This document shows, piece by piece, positions 13,459-23,655 of a stretch of 55,894 nt of DNA (the first letter of the stretch is position 1; each line of letters starts with the position of its first letter). Source of the DNA: Octopus bimaculoides (taxonomy: Eukaryota). Made by a program: the position numbers and the translations under genes. The notes under the pieces were generated by a model. The model was not told the origin of the DNA and ran no database searches. It saw nothing but the letters and a program-made list of their open reading frames with translations. Location of the stretch: the NCBI RefSeq assembly GCF_001194135.2, contig NC_068986.1, positions 8,034,256 to 8,090,149 of the forward strand, read 5' to 3'.

Positions 13459-14091
13459 TTGTCTGCAGTGAAAATTAGCGATAATTATAACGATAGAGAA
13501 TATGGAGACTGGAGAATAGATAAAATTTACTTCCTTTCATTTTGCAATGTCATACATCAGATTCTTGTAGTTACGACCATCTACACCTCTTTCCTCTGCA
13601 CAGAGTACGGGCAGATGATGCATATGCAACCGAGCATAATCTTCTGTTCAAGACACAAACACGAAGGAATCTTGAGAAGCAATAGTGCTCTGAGCATGGG
13701 AAGTGAAGTAACTACCTCAGGCGTACACATATTCAAAACACTACAAGGGAAAACGGTAGCCAGAGCCGCAGACGTGCGGAAAGCCACAACGGAAGAAGAA
13801 AAGGCCCTAACAGTAACAACCACACAATACATATTAATGCCAAAAGTAATAGAAATCTCAGAACTGCTCTATGGTACACTGCTGGATTCGGGAAACAAAT
13901 AATTTGCAGCATTCCGAAGCAGTTCATACCATAGAATATTCAATACGCACAATGTCCCGGTCGCCTTTTTCACTAGCCGTAACCCAGCGCAGATCATAGC
14001 AGCACACCGCGCGATAAGACTATCTTACCTCGGAATGACCGACGAAAATAGTGAACTAGACAAGAAAAACGACCCCATGAGAGGGCAGGAA
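13459..14091 (+). pseudogene. Penelope-like retroelement ORF relic: RT thumb and linker
   Basis: Frame +1 is open for 211 codons with one stop (13900). YHRIFNTHNVPVAFFTSRNPAQIIAAH resembles the PLE linker motif (L/Y)HKIFNRNTVKVSYSCMPNMKQII..H, and QPSII resembles HPPSII of the thumb. Confidence 0.65.
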
Positions 14092-14121
14092 TCTATATAT
14101 ATAAAAATGAGAATGTGTGCC

Positions 14122-14168
<47 letters not shown>

Positions 14169-15434
14169 GTGAATCCATAAAACTTGAGAACTACGCAACC
14201 AATTTCATTCAAATTTTACACATGCCTTACTTAGGGTTCCAGTTGTGTTTTAGTCAAAAAATTTTTTTAACTTCTTGCAGAGTTCGAGCCCACGGCAACA
14301 TAATATCTCCTCCACTATTTAAGTATTACGTGTCAAAAGTGAAACAAAAACACTCATGTCAAATACTTTCACTTTAAAAATNNNNNNNNNNNNNNNNNNN
14401 NNNNNNNNNNNNNNNNNNNNNNNNNNNNNNNNNNNNNNNNNNNNNNNNNNNNNNNNNNNNNNNNNNNNNNNNNNNNNNNNNNNNNNNNNNNNNNNNNNNN
14501 NNNNNNNNNNNNNNNNNNNNNNNNNNNNNNNNNNNNNNNNNNNNNNNNNNNNNNNNNNNNNNNNNNNNNNNNNNNNNNNNNNNNNNNNNNNNNNNNNNNN
14601 NNNNNNNNNNNNNNNNNNNNNNNNNNNNNNNNNNNNNNNNNNNNNNNNNNNNNNNNNNNNNNNNNNNNNNNNNNNNNNNNNNNNNNNNNNNNNNNNNNNN
14701 NNNNNNNNNNNNNNNNNNNNNNNNNNNNNNNNNNNNNNNNNNNNNNNNNNNNNNNNNNNNNNNNNNNNNNNNNNNNNNNNNNNNNNNNNNNNNNNNNNNN
14801 NNNNNNNNNNNNNNNNNNNNNNNNNNNNNNNNNNNNNNNNNNNNNNNNNNNNNNNNNNNNNNNNNNNNNNNNNNNNNNNNNNNNNNNNNNNNNNNNNNNN
14901 NNNNNNNNNNNNNNNNNNNNNNNNNNNNNNNNNNNNNNNNNNNNNNNNNNNNNNNNNNNNNNNNNNNNNNNNNNNNNNNNNNNNNNNNNNNNNNNNNNNN
15001 NNNNNNNNNNNNNNNNNNNNNNNNNNNNNNNNNNNNNNNNNNNNNNNNNNNNNNNNNNNNNNNNNNNNNNNNNNNNNNNNNNGATTTCTGCAATGTGGTG
15101 CATAAATTGTCAAGTAAATGAGACGCATCTTTGCCTCCACTGATTCACTTGCAAAGTGTTGAGTAAAATTATTTCGTTGCAGACCTCCTTTGGGTCTTTT
15201 TATTATCACTGCGACACACATAGTCCCCAGTTGGTAATATTGATTTCAAGGCCCTCCTAGATGAGAGACTGGCATTCCACTTAAGTCTATGTTCCATGCT
15301 GGCATGGATTGGAGAGTTATTAATGTAGAAATATGGTATCGTAGCTACTAACAGTTGAGGGTTGCGTAGTCTAGACGGCGATTTTAGATTTCATTATTCT
15401 CTTTAACCCGGGCAAAGCCGGGTATTTCTGCTAG
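14092..15434 (+). mobile_element. Non-autonomous Helitron with internal (GTCT)n; interior partly in an N gap (14382-15082)
   Basis: The 5' end is A|TCTATATATATAAAAATGAG. The 3' end has the hairpin ACCCGG-GCAAAG-CCGGGT (15406-15423), then 7 nt, then CTAG|T. It sits between A and T with no TSD. Confidence 0.8.
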
Positions 15435-16143
15435 TAGTTAATAATAACAAAAGGGACTCGAACACTAACACCAACATGACACACATGTAGTGGAGGATGG
15501 TGAAATAATAAGGGCCCACAATCGAGGGAAGACAGCTTCAACACATGCCTCTACCTCCACAAAGCATGGCGCGGGAATCACTAGAAATAGCAACCCACTA
15601 ATACCTATGAATAGAATGCTTAAGAAAAATAGTAGATCGATAAGAATGAGGTCAGCAGAGACATATAACAGGAACTACAACACAATAGATAATAGGGACA
15701 GCGAAGCAGATAAGTTTCTGTAAATATCCTAGCAATAAAGTATGCCTATTTAACACTAGATGTTTGACGACGAACCTACTGTATTGATGTAAGATCATTT
15801 TTGATGGAAGGACGTACTTCTATATAGGGGCCAGTTCGCTAAATTTCAAAAACAGATGAGCTAACCATTTAAATTCATTGAGAGATAGAATGAAAATGAA
15901 CAGCTTGAGCAGACTAATTAGGTCCCTTAAGATAGGAACCATAGCTTTACCACTGAGTGGGAGTTAATTAATATGGTTATAGCTTTTGGAACTGGAGAAA
16001 ATAGATGTGAGTCGTGTATAGAAGAAATGTACCAAATCTTTAGAGCGAAACACAATTTACTTAATAGCAGGCTGGAACAGGCCTTAAGATGCTTGCATAA
16101 GCATGCAAAAACCTTTAAGAAACTTAACATACGTTGTAGATAA
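15435..16143 (+). pseudogene. Penelope-like GIY-YIG endonuclease relic (continuation of 13459-14091)
   Basis: Frame +2 reads CLFNTRCLTTNLLY*CKIIFDGRTYFYIGASSLNFKNR*ANHLNSL...SLSRLIRSLK (YIG at 15821-15829). Frame +1 then reads EWELI...RCESCIEEMYQI...LLNSRLEQALRCLH. Together these match the PLE endonuclease pattern C..CL...VY...YIG....FK.R..NH ... W...C.LC..E...LLN.R.E...C.H. Confidence 0.8.
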
Positions 16144-16619
16144 CTTAATATATAACACACAGATGACTGGGAAAGAAAAGATAGAAGTACATGTCCTGAA
16201 CTCTCCAATTACATGACCTTTTTCTTACTAATCTGATTTATATTCCTTTTCCTTTCCACTACCCAACATGATAGATACCTTCATATCTGAATAACTAAGA
16301 ACATAACAGGGAAATGAACCGCCCTAAATTAAGATATTTTACAAAAACTATACTTGGAAGGAAGCTTGTTAAATACCCGTTTACTACAATACACAAAGAA
16401 GCCTGCCACAATAGTGACAAAAGATTTGACCTAATTAGACAGGATCTTGACTTCGTCCAGCAACTGGGGTGAAACTGAAGTCAACCCCACAAGTTTACAG
16501 ACAGATCAGATTTCAGATTCAAAACAACATCCCCTCACTTTCCCTTGAACCCTAAACAATAAACAACTATCTTAATTCACTTCCCTTCGAGCCAATCTAG
16601 TTCAAATATCCAGAACAAA

Positions 16620-16800
16620 GCTGCACAGACAATTATTTCCGGTTGCATATGCAATTGCCCATACTCAATACAGTAGAAACATGTGTAGATCGTCGAAACC
16701 ATAAAAATATGCTGTATGAAATAAAAAAAAAATAAAAAAAAGAAATAAATTTTTAAGATATGCCAGTCCCCATATTCTCTATCGTTATAATTATTGCTTA
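16620..16800 (-). mobile_element. Second, inverted Penelope-like fragment paralogous to about 13474-13650
   Basis: ISNNYNDREYGDWHILKIYF...TIYTCFYCIEYGQLHMQPEIIVC aligns with ISDNYNDREYGDWRIDKIYF...TIYTSFLCTEYGQMMHMQPSIIFC. The first 38 nt are 35/38 identical. It may extend weakly down to about 16260. Confidence 0.75.
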
Positions 16801-16868
16801 TATATATATATACGCGCACACGCACGCACACAAACACACATATATATGTGTGTGTGTGTGAGTGTATA

Positions 16869-17040
16869 GGCGTAGGAGAGGCTGTGTGGTAAGTAGCTTG
16901 CTTACGAACCACATGGTTCCGGGTTCAGTCCCACTGCGTGGCACCTTGGGCATCTTCTACTATAGCTTCGGGCCGACCAAAGCTTTGTGAGTGGGTTTGG
17001 TAGACGGAAACTGAAAGAAGCTCGTCGTATATATATATAT
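16869..17040 (+). mobile_element. tRNA-derived SINE (family A), 5' half
   Basis: GGCGTAGGAGAGGCTGTGTGGTAAGTAGCTTGC...GGGTTCAGTCCCACTGCGTGGCACCTTGGGC...TTTGGTAGACGGAAACTGAAAGAAGCTCGTCG has A/B-box-like motifs and ends in (TA)n. Confidence 0.85.
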
Positions 17041-17434
17041 AGTTTCCTTGGTCTTGGTTTGGTTTTGAATCCTGTATAAATTGAGTAGTATATCTTGGAA
17101 AATGTTTAGCGACTGTCCCTCTTGAATGCGAAATAAATTTGGGACAACAATGAACAGAAGAAAAGAAAAGCTCCAATGAAAAGTACATTTAATCTATATA
17201 AATGTTTTACTAAAACAATTGTATGCAGCATTCTAATCTTGGTGTATGAAGTTAAAAAGAGTAGCGACCATAATTGTTTTGTATAACTCGTCAGATGGGT
17301 TGGAAAGAAGAAATAACATGATTCATGCTTCATTGAGAAATGATGTAACTTATGTACGCATTATCATTCTATTGAAGACATGAACTTAGATACATGCAAT
17401 ATTTTATGCTTAGCAGGTATGTACAGGTATATTC

Positions 17435-17550
17435 CATGTGATGGGCTCCACACAGCCTTTGTCTCCCTAAATTTAATTCAAACTAAGGTTGGTTGTGAGG
17501 TTATGATGAATGTCTTTGTCAAATTGGAATCTGACCATGATTTTCATCCT
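17435..17550 (-). mobile_element. Highly degenerate SINE family A fragment
   Basis: GATGGGCTCCACACAGCCTTTGTCTCCCTAAATT resembles the reverse complement of the SINE A segment AATTTGGTAGACGGAAACTG..AGAAGCCCGTC. Confidence 0.4.
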
Positions 17551-18285
17551 TATGAACGCGTGCAACGTAATCACGCAGTTATTCATTCGCTATTATAATA
17601 ATATTTACATAACAGACAATGACATTCGCTTTACGAAATAGTTTATAGCAGTGTGAAATTTTATGGTGGCAAATCTTCCCTATGATATTCCACATATTGA
17701 TAACATGCTGTTAGAAATTATTAACATTTCGAGAAAATAACTTTACTGTCGTGAATTTAATGTTTTATTTCTGAAGAGGAAGCGATTTTAGTATTAATTT
17801 CATGGATACGTCAAGCGCTTCTAATATATTACAATATAATAGCTTTTAGCATAAGTTTGGTATACATCACATTAACATGATCCAGTATATTATATCATTA
17901 ACAGCATCACATTGTATATTGTTTTTCTATTAATATCTATTATGTTATCATTGATATTCCATAACATATCATATTACAATTAATGTATTTTACTTCAGAA
18001 ACATGGTGGCATTAATATCCACACGCCAGAAATCGAACTCTGAAATATGACTCAATGAATTATTCCGGTGCTTTATCTTTCAAATCGAAATGGTCTACAG
18101 TGATAATTCAGTAATGGCGAAAAAATGCGTTTTCGTTCGACATTTACATTCCCATGAATAATTATCAAGAATTAATACGATTTTATAATGCTAAACTACT
18201 TGATAATATTCCTGGTGGTTTCAAATTCTTCTGAGAACAACACCATTTTTAATTACTTTTGCATACATACATATGATTACTTAAT

Positions 18286-18324
<39 letters not shown>

Positions 18325-18327
18325 CAC

Positions 18328-18405
18328 ATAAATGAACGGTTAAGAAGTTTTACTTTGCAACTACGATGTTTCGGTTCGAGCCATTTGAGTGGAATTTGAC
18401 GCGTG
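18328..18405 (+). mobile_element. Degenerate SINE family A head
   Basis: GGTTAAGAAGTTTTACTTTGCAACTACGATGTTTCGGTTCGAGCCATTTGAGTGG resembles the head at 16885-16945. Confidence 0.4.
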
Positions 18406-19689
18406 AATCTTGATATTGAAATTAGGAATAATGAAACTTGATGGAGATTCGTCGCGCAGATTCCGCCTTGAAATTGCATTAACATTATATCTGTCTATGG
18501 AATATTCAGCCACTTACGTTGTTATTCAATAAGAATGTCAGTCAGGTGACTGAACGCTTGACCACTCATTTCTTTAATACATTTATTATTGGGTGTACTT
18601 AAATGATTTTTTTCCGATTCTAAAACGGTGTCCTGCATTTAGAAAGTCGAATATAAATATATTCTTGAAAACAATATATTATATTATTATATAGCACTTC
18701 ACTACTCGAAAAGGAGTTTATTAGATATAAGATATAACATGTAGAGTTTAATAGCTTAAATTATAAAAGAAGAGAAATCGAAGAAGGAAGTATTGATCAG
18801 TAATCAGAAATTAGGGAGGAAATTAGACGGGAAGCTTCAGGAAGTATCACAAATGAATATGTGGGAGGAAGTGACATCGAAATCATGCGTAAGTAGCTTT
18901 CCCTAGAAAAGGAAATATTTGACTGCTATTTCTTCTACGCCCTACTACTACATAATAGCTATTTCGGGTCCTTTTTTTGTAAATAGCTGTTACGTGGTAG
19001 CAGGGCATGCTAGAAATAGCAGCCAAACCTTTCGAGGTGAGCTACGTTGAATGCACCCGAAAAAATCCAATGGAAATGAATTATTTCACACCGAGGTTAC
19101 GAACGGGTCTTTTACGAAATATTTACCCTATTTTTAAAGTAATTTTCACTTTAAAATATATTTAAGATATGACAAAAACGATTTAGTAGTGGTATTCACT
19201 TGAAAATAATTTATAAAAAGATTGAAATATTGTCCGTTTAAAGGAAGCTAAAATATAAGTAATTTTTGTACAAACAACGTACATTTTTTAAATCACTTTC
19301 ACTTAAAAATATTTCTAAATGATTAAAATATTGTGTTTAACAAAAGCGAAGAGAAACATTTACTGTAAAAAAACAGATCGTATATTTTCGTTGTCAAGTT
19401 AAAGTCACTAAAGCTTTTGCCCATCATAATGAGTCTAATCAAAAGGTTAGAGTTTTTTTTCCTTTCAGGGTTAAATTATTTTCGGAGTATTTTCCTATTA
19501 CGCACCGTTTTGGGTATTTACACCCAGCAAACCAGTTTAGCGATTTACGCGACACTTGTTTTTTCTTCGTTTGTATTCACATTTTAGGAGAACCTTAACT
19601 CATAGTATTTTCCCATTATTCGCATGTTTGCCTGTGTAACATTACAAGCAAGCAGGCATATATATATATNNNNNNNNNNNNNNAAAAAA

Positions 19690-20640
19690 AAAAGACGAAG
19701 ACAGGTGGTGCAGACAACAAAAGATGTATTAGTTTAACGCTCGGGAATTGAAAAGTCTTCAGCGTTTCGAGCCTACGCTCTTCCACAGAAAGAAACACAG
19801 AAAGAAAGAAGGAGAGAAAATAATGGATGTGTAGTGGCTAGTCATCTATCATGGCGAATGCCGGACAGAGGAGTCACACAGGAGAGTTAGGAAGAAGTGG
19901 AGATAATAAAGTAGTGGTGATTCCAAAACGAAGGTGCGTGTGCGTGTGTATAAGAGCATTATGTGCGTGTGGAAGAGGGCTGGTGACCTTGACGTGTGGG
20001 TGTATGAATGGTGGTGTGGTGCTGGGAAGTGGTCAGTGCTAGTGTGTCAGTGGTGGTGTGATGTGATGTTGTATGGAAGTATGTGGTGTGGTGGAGTGTG
20101 GTGCGTGGTGTGGTGGTGTTGGGATGCGGGTTAGGCTGAATGTGGGGGTAGAGGTGGGGTATGTGGGAGTGGGGTCGGATGGGATGGATAGGGAAGGTGG
20201 GTTGGATTGTATAGGGTGGGGTTACGAGGGAAGGGTGACGATGACGGGTATATATGTATATATGAGTAAATGGAAGGAAAAGCAAGTTGGACAAGTCGAT
20301 AGTCAAAAAATTAATCTCATATAAATTTAATACAAAAAAAATGTACGCAGGTTTACATATAGAAAGGTCCGATTTACACAAAATCGAAATGATATCAGGA
20401 ATTAAAGGGGTGAAATAAGAGCTTTACCAATCCAACGGCTGTTTCTGGGATCTTGGTGGTCCGAAATAAAGATTGTAAAGCCTCCGTCTTCACTGAAGAA
20501 TTATACATTTGAGGTGTTGACAGAACGGAGATTAAAGACGAAATGACTTTGTGGAGAACTAGGTGTATTAGAAGTTGGGAAGTATTTAGATAGAGAGTAG
20601 TGAGAGGAGAAAATAAATTTCAGTGTTAGAGGTTAGTAAC
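19690..20640 (-). mobile_element. Penelope-like element remnant: pLTR with HHR-like motif, TG-rich tract, decayed RT segment
   Basis: The terminal signature CTGTGGAAGAGCGTAGGCTCGAAAC is on the minus strand at 19764-19788. Minus-strand translation near 20300-20490 gives KTEALQSLF...LVKLL and KPAYIFFVLNLYEINFL, loosely similar to PLE RT (EGLQAL..., MGP.YANLF.G..E). Confidence 0.6.
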
Positions 20641-20659
20641 GAGGCTAAGGATGGTTGTA

Positions 20660-21345
20660 GAGGTGGAAGGTAGGACTGGTTTCACGACAATGACGAGGCT
20701 GTACGGGTACTATTGGATGCTAAAAGAAAGGCCTACATTGAATGGCGGAATCATCCAAACTGCTCCTCACAGCGTCGCAGATGCAGGGACTGTCAAACCA
20801 AAACCTAGAGAAAATTTGGCAGCATGCAAGGCAGATGGTAGGAGCAGAAGGCTGAAGAAGTACAGCTCTACGCCGACATCAACAACTCTATGATGATGTA
20901 CAGTACCATCAAAGCCATCTACGGCCATTCCAAAAAAAGTAGGAACAACCCTCCTAACGTCTACTGATGGCCAAACTATCGTCAAAGACAAGGAAGGACC
21001 ACCAAGACCCCAGAAACAGCCGTTGGACTCGTAAAACTCTTACCTAGGCAAGATGAGAGAAAAAATTCAACATACTTCTAAACCGGCTCCGAGAGCAGAT
21101 GGAATTACTGCAGAACTGTACAAGGTGCTTGGTACCACCGCCTTCAATGCATTTCGCTACAGTGACCAACCAAGAGTGCTGGACAGAGCTGGTTCAACAA
21201 CAATTGAGTCAATGTTATTGAAGGCTCAGTTACGCTCGACAGACCACGTCATCAAAATGACTGACAACCGTTGCACCCATACAGCTGTTGTACGGCGAGC
21301 TCATGCAGAGCCCAAACAAAGAATGCCTACACTGAGGTATAAGGT
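20660..21345 (+). mobile_element. Internally deleted RTE-clade LINE (endonuclease-RT linker fused to C-terminus)
   Basis: WFHDNDEAVRVLLDAKRKAYIEW...EQKAEEVQLYADINN...TIKAIYG...TDGQTIVKDKEG, then ARWRE.FN.LLNR, APRADGITAELYKVLG, and then directly VLDRAGSTTIESMLLKAQLR..DHVIKM. The RT core is missing. Confidence 0.85.
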
Positions 21346-21379
21346 GCATCAATGTGTATATGTATCCCTGAAAAGAAGA

Positions 21380-21452
<73 letters not shown>

Positions 21453-21485
21453 AAGAAAGAGAGAGAGAGAAAGAGAGAGAGAGAA

Positions 21486-21523
<38 letters not shown>
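21380..21523. repeat. (TA)n-(GA)n compound microsatellite
   Basis: Directly visible in the sequence. Confidence 0.95.
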
Positions 21524-21526
<3 letters not shown>

Positions 21527-22093
21527 TGAATACAGTGATGCACCGAAGTTCATAAGAATGAGTAAAATTCGCTGAAAAGCACTGTATCTGAAGTAGGTTA
21601 ACATCAAATTGTGAAAGCACATCTAAAAGGATATAAATTACTGTATGGAGTATGTTGTTTTTAAATTCAGAACAAGACAATTAGGGAGGAACCAATTCAC
21701 ACCAAAACTATAGCAGTAGAATTTCTTCGACGAAGTTGAATCTTTTTTCAATCAAAGTCTTTTAAACACGTGTCAAGGACCCAAGGATGGTGTTAACAAA
21801 ATAATGACTTGTCATATTGGAAAACAGCTTTAACTACAGTAATTAATTTTTGGGATTCTTTACGATTTGAAAATTCATTGTGCATCGGCAAACTTACAGC
21901 AAAGTGTTTAAGGAAATGGGGGGAAATATATAAAATGGTCTCTAAACATACTTTATATCTAGAGAATTCCATTTTATGAAATCCAATTTATTCTTAATAT
22001 TCTAAATGAAAGAGCATCTTGCACATTTTTAATGAATTGTTTCTAATAGTAAAACTCCGACTCGCATAACGGATTAATCTATATTTCATATGT

Positions 22094-22372
22094 AAGGCGG
22101 GGTAATGTCGTTAACACACCAGATAAAAAGCTTAGCAGTTTTCTTCAGGCTTTACGTAAGCTGGAAGAATTGTTAACATACCGGACAAAATTCTTAGCGG
22201 CATTTCGACTATCAATACGTTTCAAGTTCAAATTCCGCCCAGGTAGACTTTGTCTTTCATTCTTTCTGGGGCAATAGAATCGGTACCAGTTGAGCACAGG
22301 GGATCATTGTAATCAACTAAGTCCCTCTCCCCCCGAAACTGCTGCTTTTGTGCCAAATTTTAAAACTAATTT
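22094..22372 (+). mobile_element. tRNA-derived SINE family B with duplicated head
   Basis: A partial head (22094-22157) is followed by a complete head with GTTCAAATTCCGCC and the body AGGTAGACTTTGTCTTTCATTC...GGTACCAGTTGAGCACAGGGG. It is homologous to the minus-strand copy at 45752-45960. Confidence 0.75.
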
Positions 22373-22837
22373 ATATTTCATAAACAAACGCTTGTTACGT
22401 GAAACGATGTTTAAACGGAGCATAGAAGAAAGTTAATCAAAATATTGTAGCCGAAAACAACGTCGTCAATATTCAATTTCATTCATAAATTTGGTGAGGC
22501 TTATCTTCATTAAATATATCTGAGCCGTTTTAGACATGTTAGCTCCATTTATTTTATTTTTAATCAATAGTGTATAACTGAAATAACGTGTGAGAGTTTA
22601 GAGAAAGACATTATATAATTATTTGAAAACCAGAACATTTCAAAGAGGAAAAGAAAAGACAAACAATAAACATGAGGAAAAAGAAGAAAAGAGATAATTA
22701 AGAGAATGTGTGTGTGTATGTGAGTGTGCGTATGTGTGTGTGTGTGTGTGTGTGTGTTGGTTTCTTTCAGTTTNNNNNNNNNNNNNNNNNNNNNNNNNNN
22801 NNNNNNNNNNNNNNNNNNNNNNNNNNNNNNNNNNNNN

Positions 22838-22869
<32 letters not shown>

Positions 22870-23431
22870 GTGCGTGTGTGTGGGAAATGAAAACCATCGA
22901 CAGAAACGTGAAAGAGAAAAAAAATCAATATTGAAAAATAACCCTTTATTTTGCTTTTGATATAAATTAATAGCAAAAAAATGCTTTCATCCAGAGACTG
23001 ATATCATTCTGTTTAGTTCTCGCAATACTTGTCTTTGATTAATTTTATGAATTTGTGTGCATTTTGCTTTCCCTATTTCTTTTAATATGGATGATGCTCC
23101 TCCAATTATCTAATCCTTTTGTCATACAGATAACTAAGCAAACCATCCTATTACACCTCAAATGTACATAAAATACGTTGCATGCCATAGAAAAACTGTT
23201 ACGTACAGACAAAATGAGACTAAAACGTGCGTAGACAACCTATTTTCAAGGGAGACAATCTATAATTTCTATGGAATCAACTGTTGACAAAGATGAGAAA
23301 ACTATTTCAACTCAAAATCTTTCTCTTCTATTAATATATTCTCAATATTCCTCATCTTTGGTTTTGGTTCTCGCCAATTAGACTCACGTGCACGCGAGTG
23401 TGTGTTCGTGTATATGTGTATGTGTGTAGAT

Positions 23432-23655
23432 AATTCGTGAACGGAGTAGAGTGGACGAAAGTACAAGTTCTGCTGGGTAGGACGTGTTGCAGGTGAATCC
23501 ATGGAGTTTCTGAGTAATGTGCAAGAGATCGGAAAGGGCCTCTTGGAAGGCCTCCATGACGATTGGAAGACGATACAAGTAAAACAATTTGGGTCAAGAT
23601 GGAAAAAGAATGACGCAATGAAGAAAGTATTGGAAGCGCATTGTGATCAGGGTGC
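23432..23655 (+). mobile_element. RTE-clade LINE 3' end fragment
   Basis: IIRERSRVD... and ARDRKGPLGRPP*RLEDDT resemble the RTE C-terminal PRDRKRPLGRPP.RWEDDI motif. Confidence 0.65.

Noticed and set aside
13441-13902. Host terminal exon (branch-like CTAAT and TGCAG acceptor at about 13468 before a 147-aa ORF)
   Set aside because: The frame continues past the stop into Penelope-like motifs, so a TE origin explains it. Exonisation cannot be excluded without RNA data.
16445-16480. Possible hammerhead at the end of the Penelope relic (GACTTC...CCAG-CAA-CTGG...GAAAC-T-GAAGTC)
   Set aside because: Stems are present, but there is no CUGANGA-like core.
13459-16800. Endogenous virus or Polinton-like element with long TIRs and a Bro-N-like protein
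   Set aside because: The Bro-N resemblance was superficial. Other frames reveal PLE linker and GIY-YIG motifs, and the inverted segments diverge like paralogous coding sequence rather than TIRs.
16869-16945. tRNA gene
   Set aside because: A/B-box-like motifs run into a SINE body found several times in the window, and no full cloverleaf is evident.
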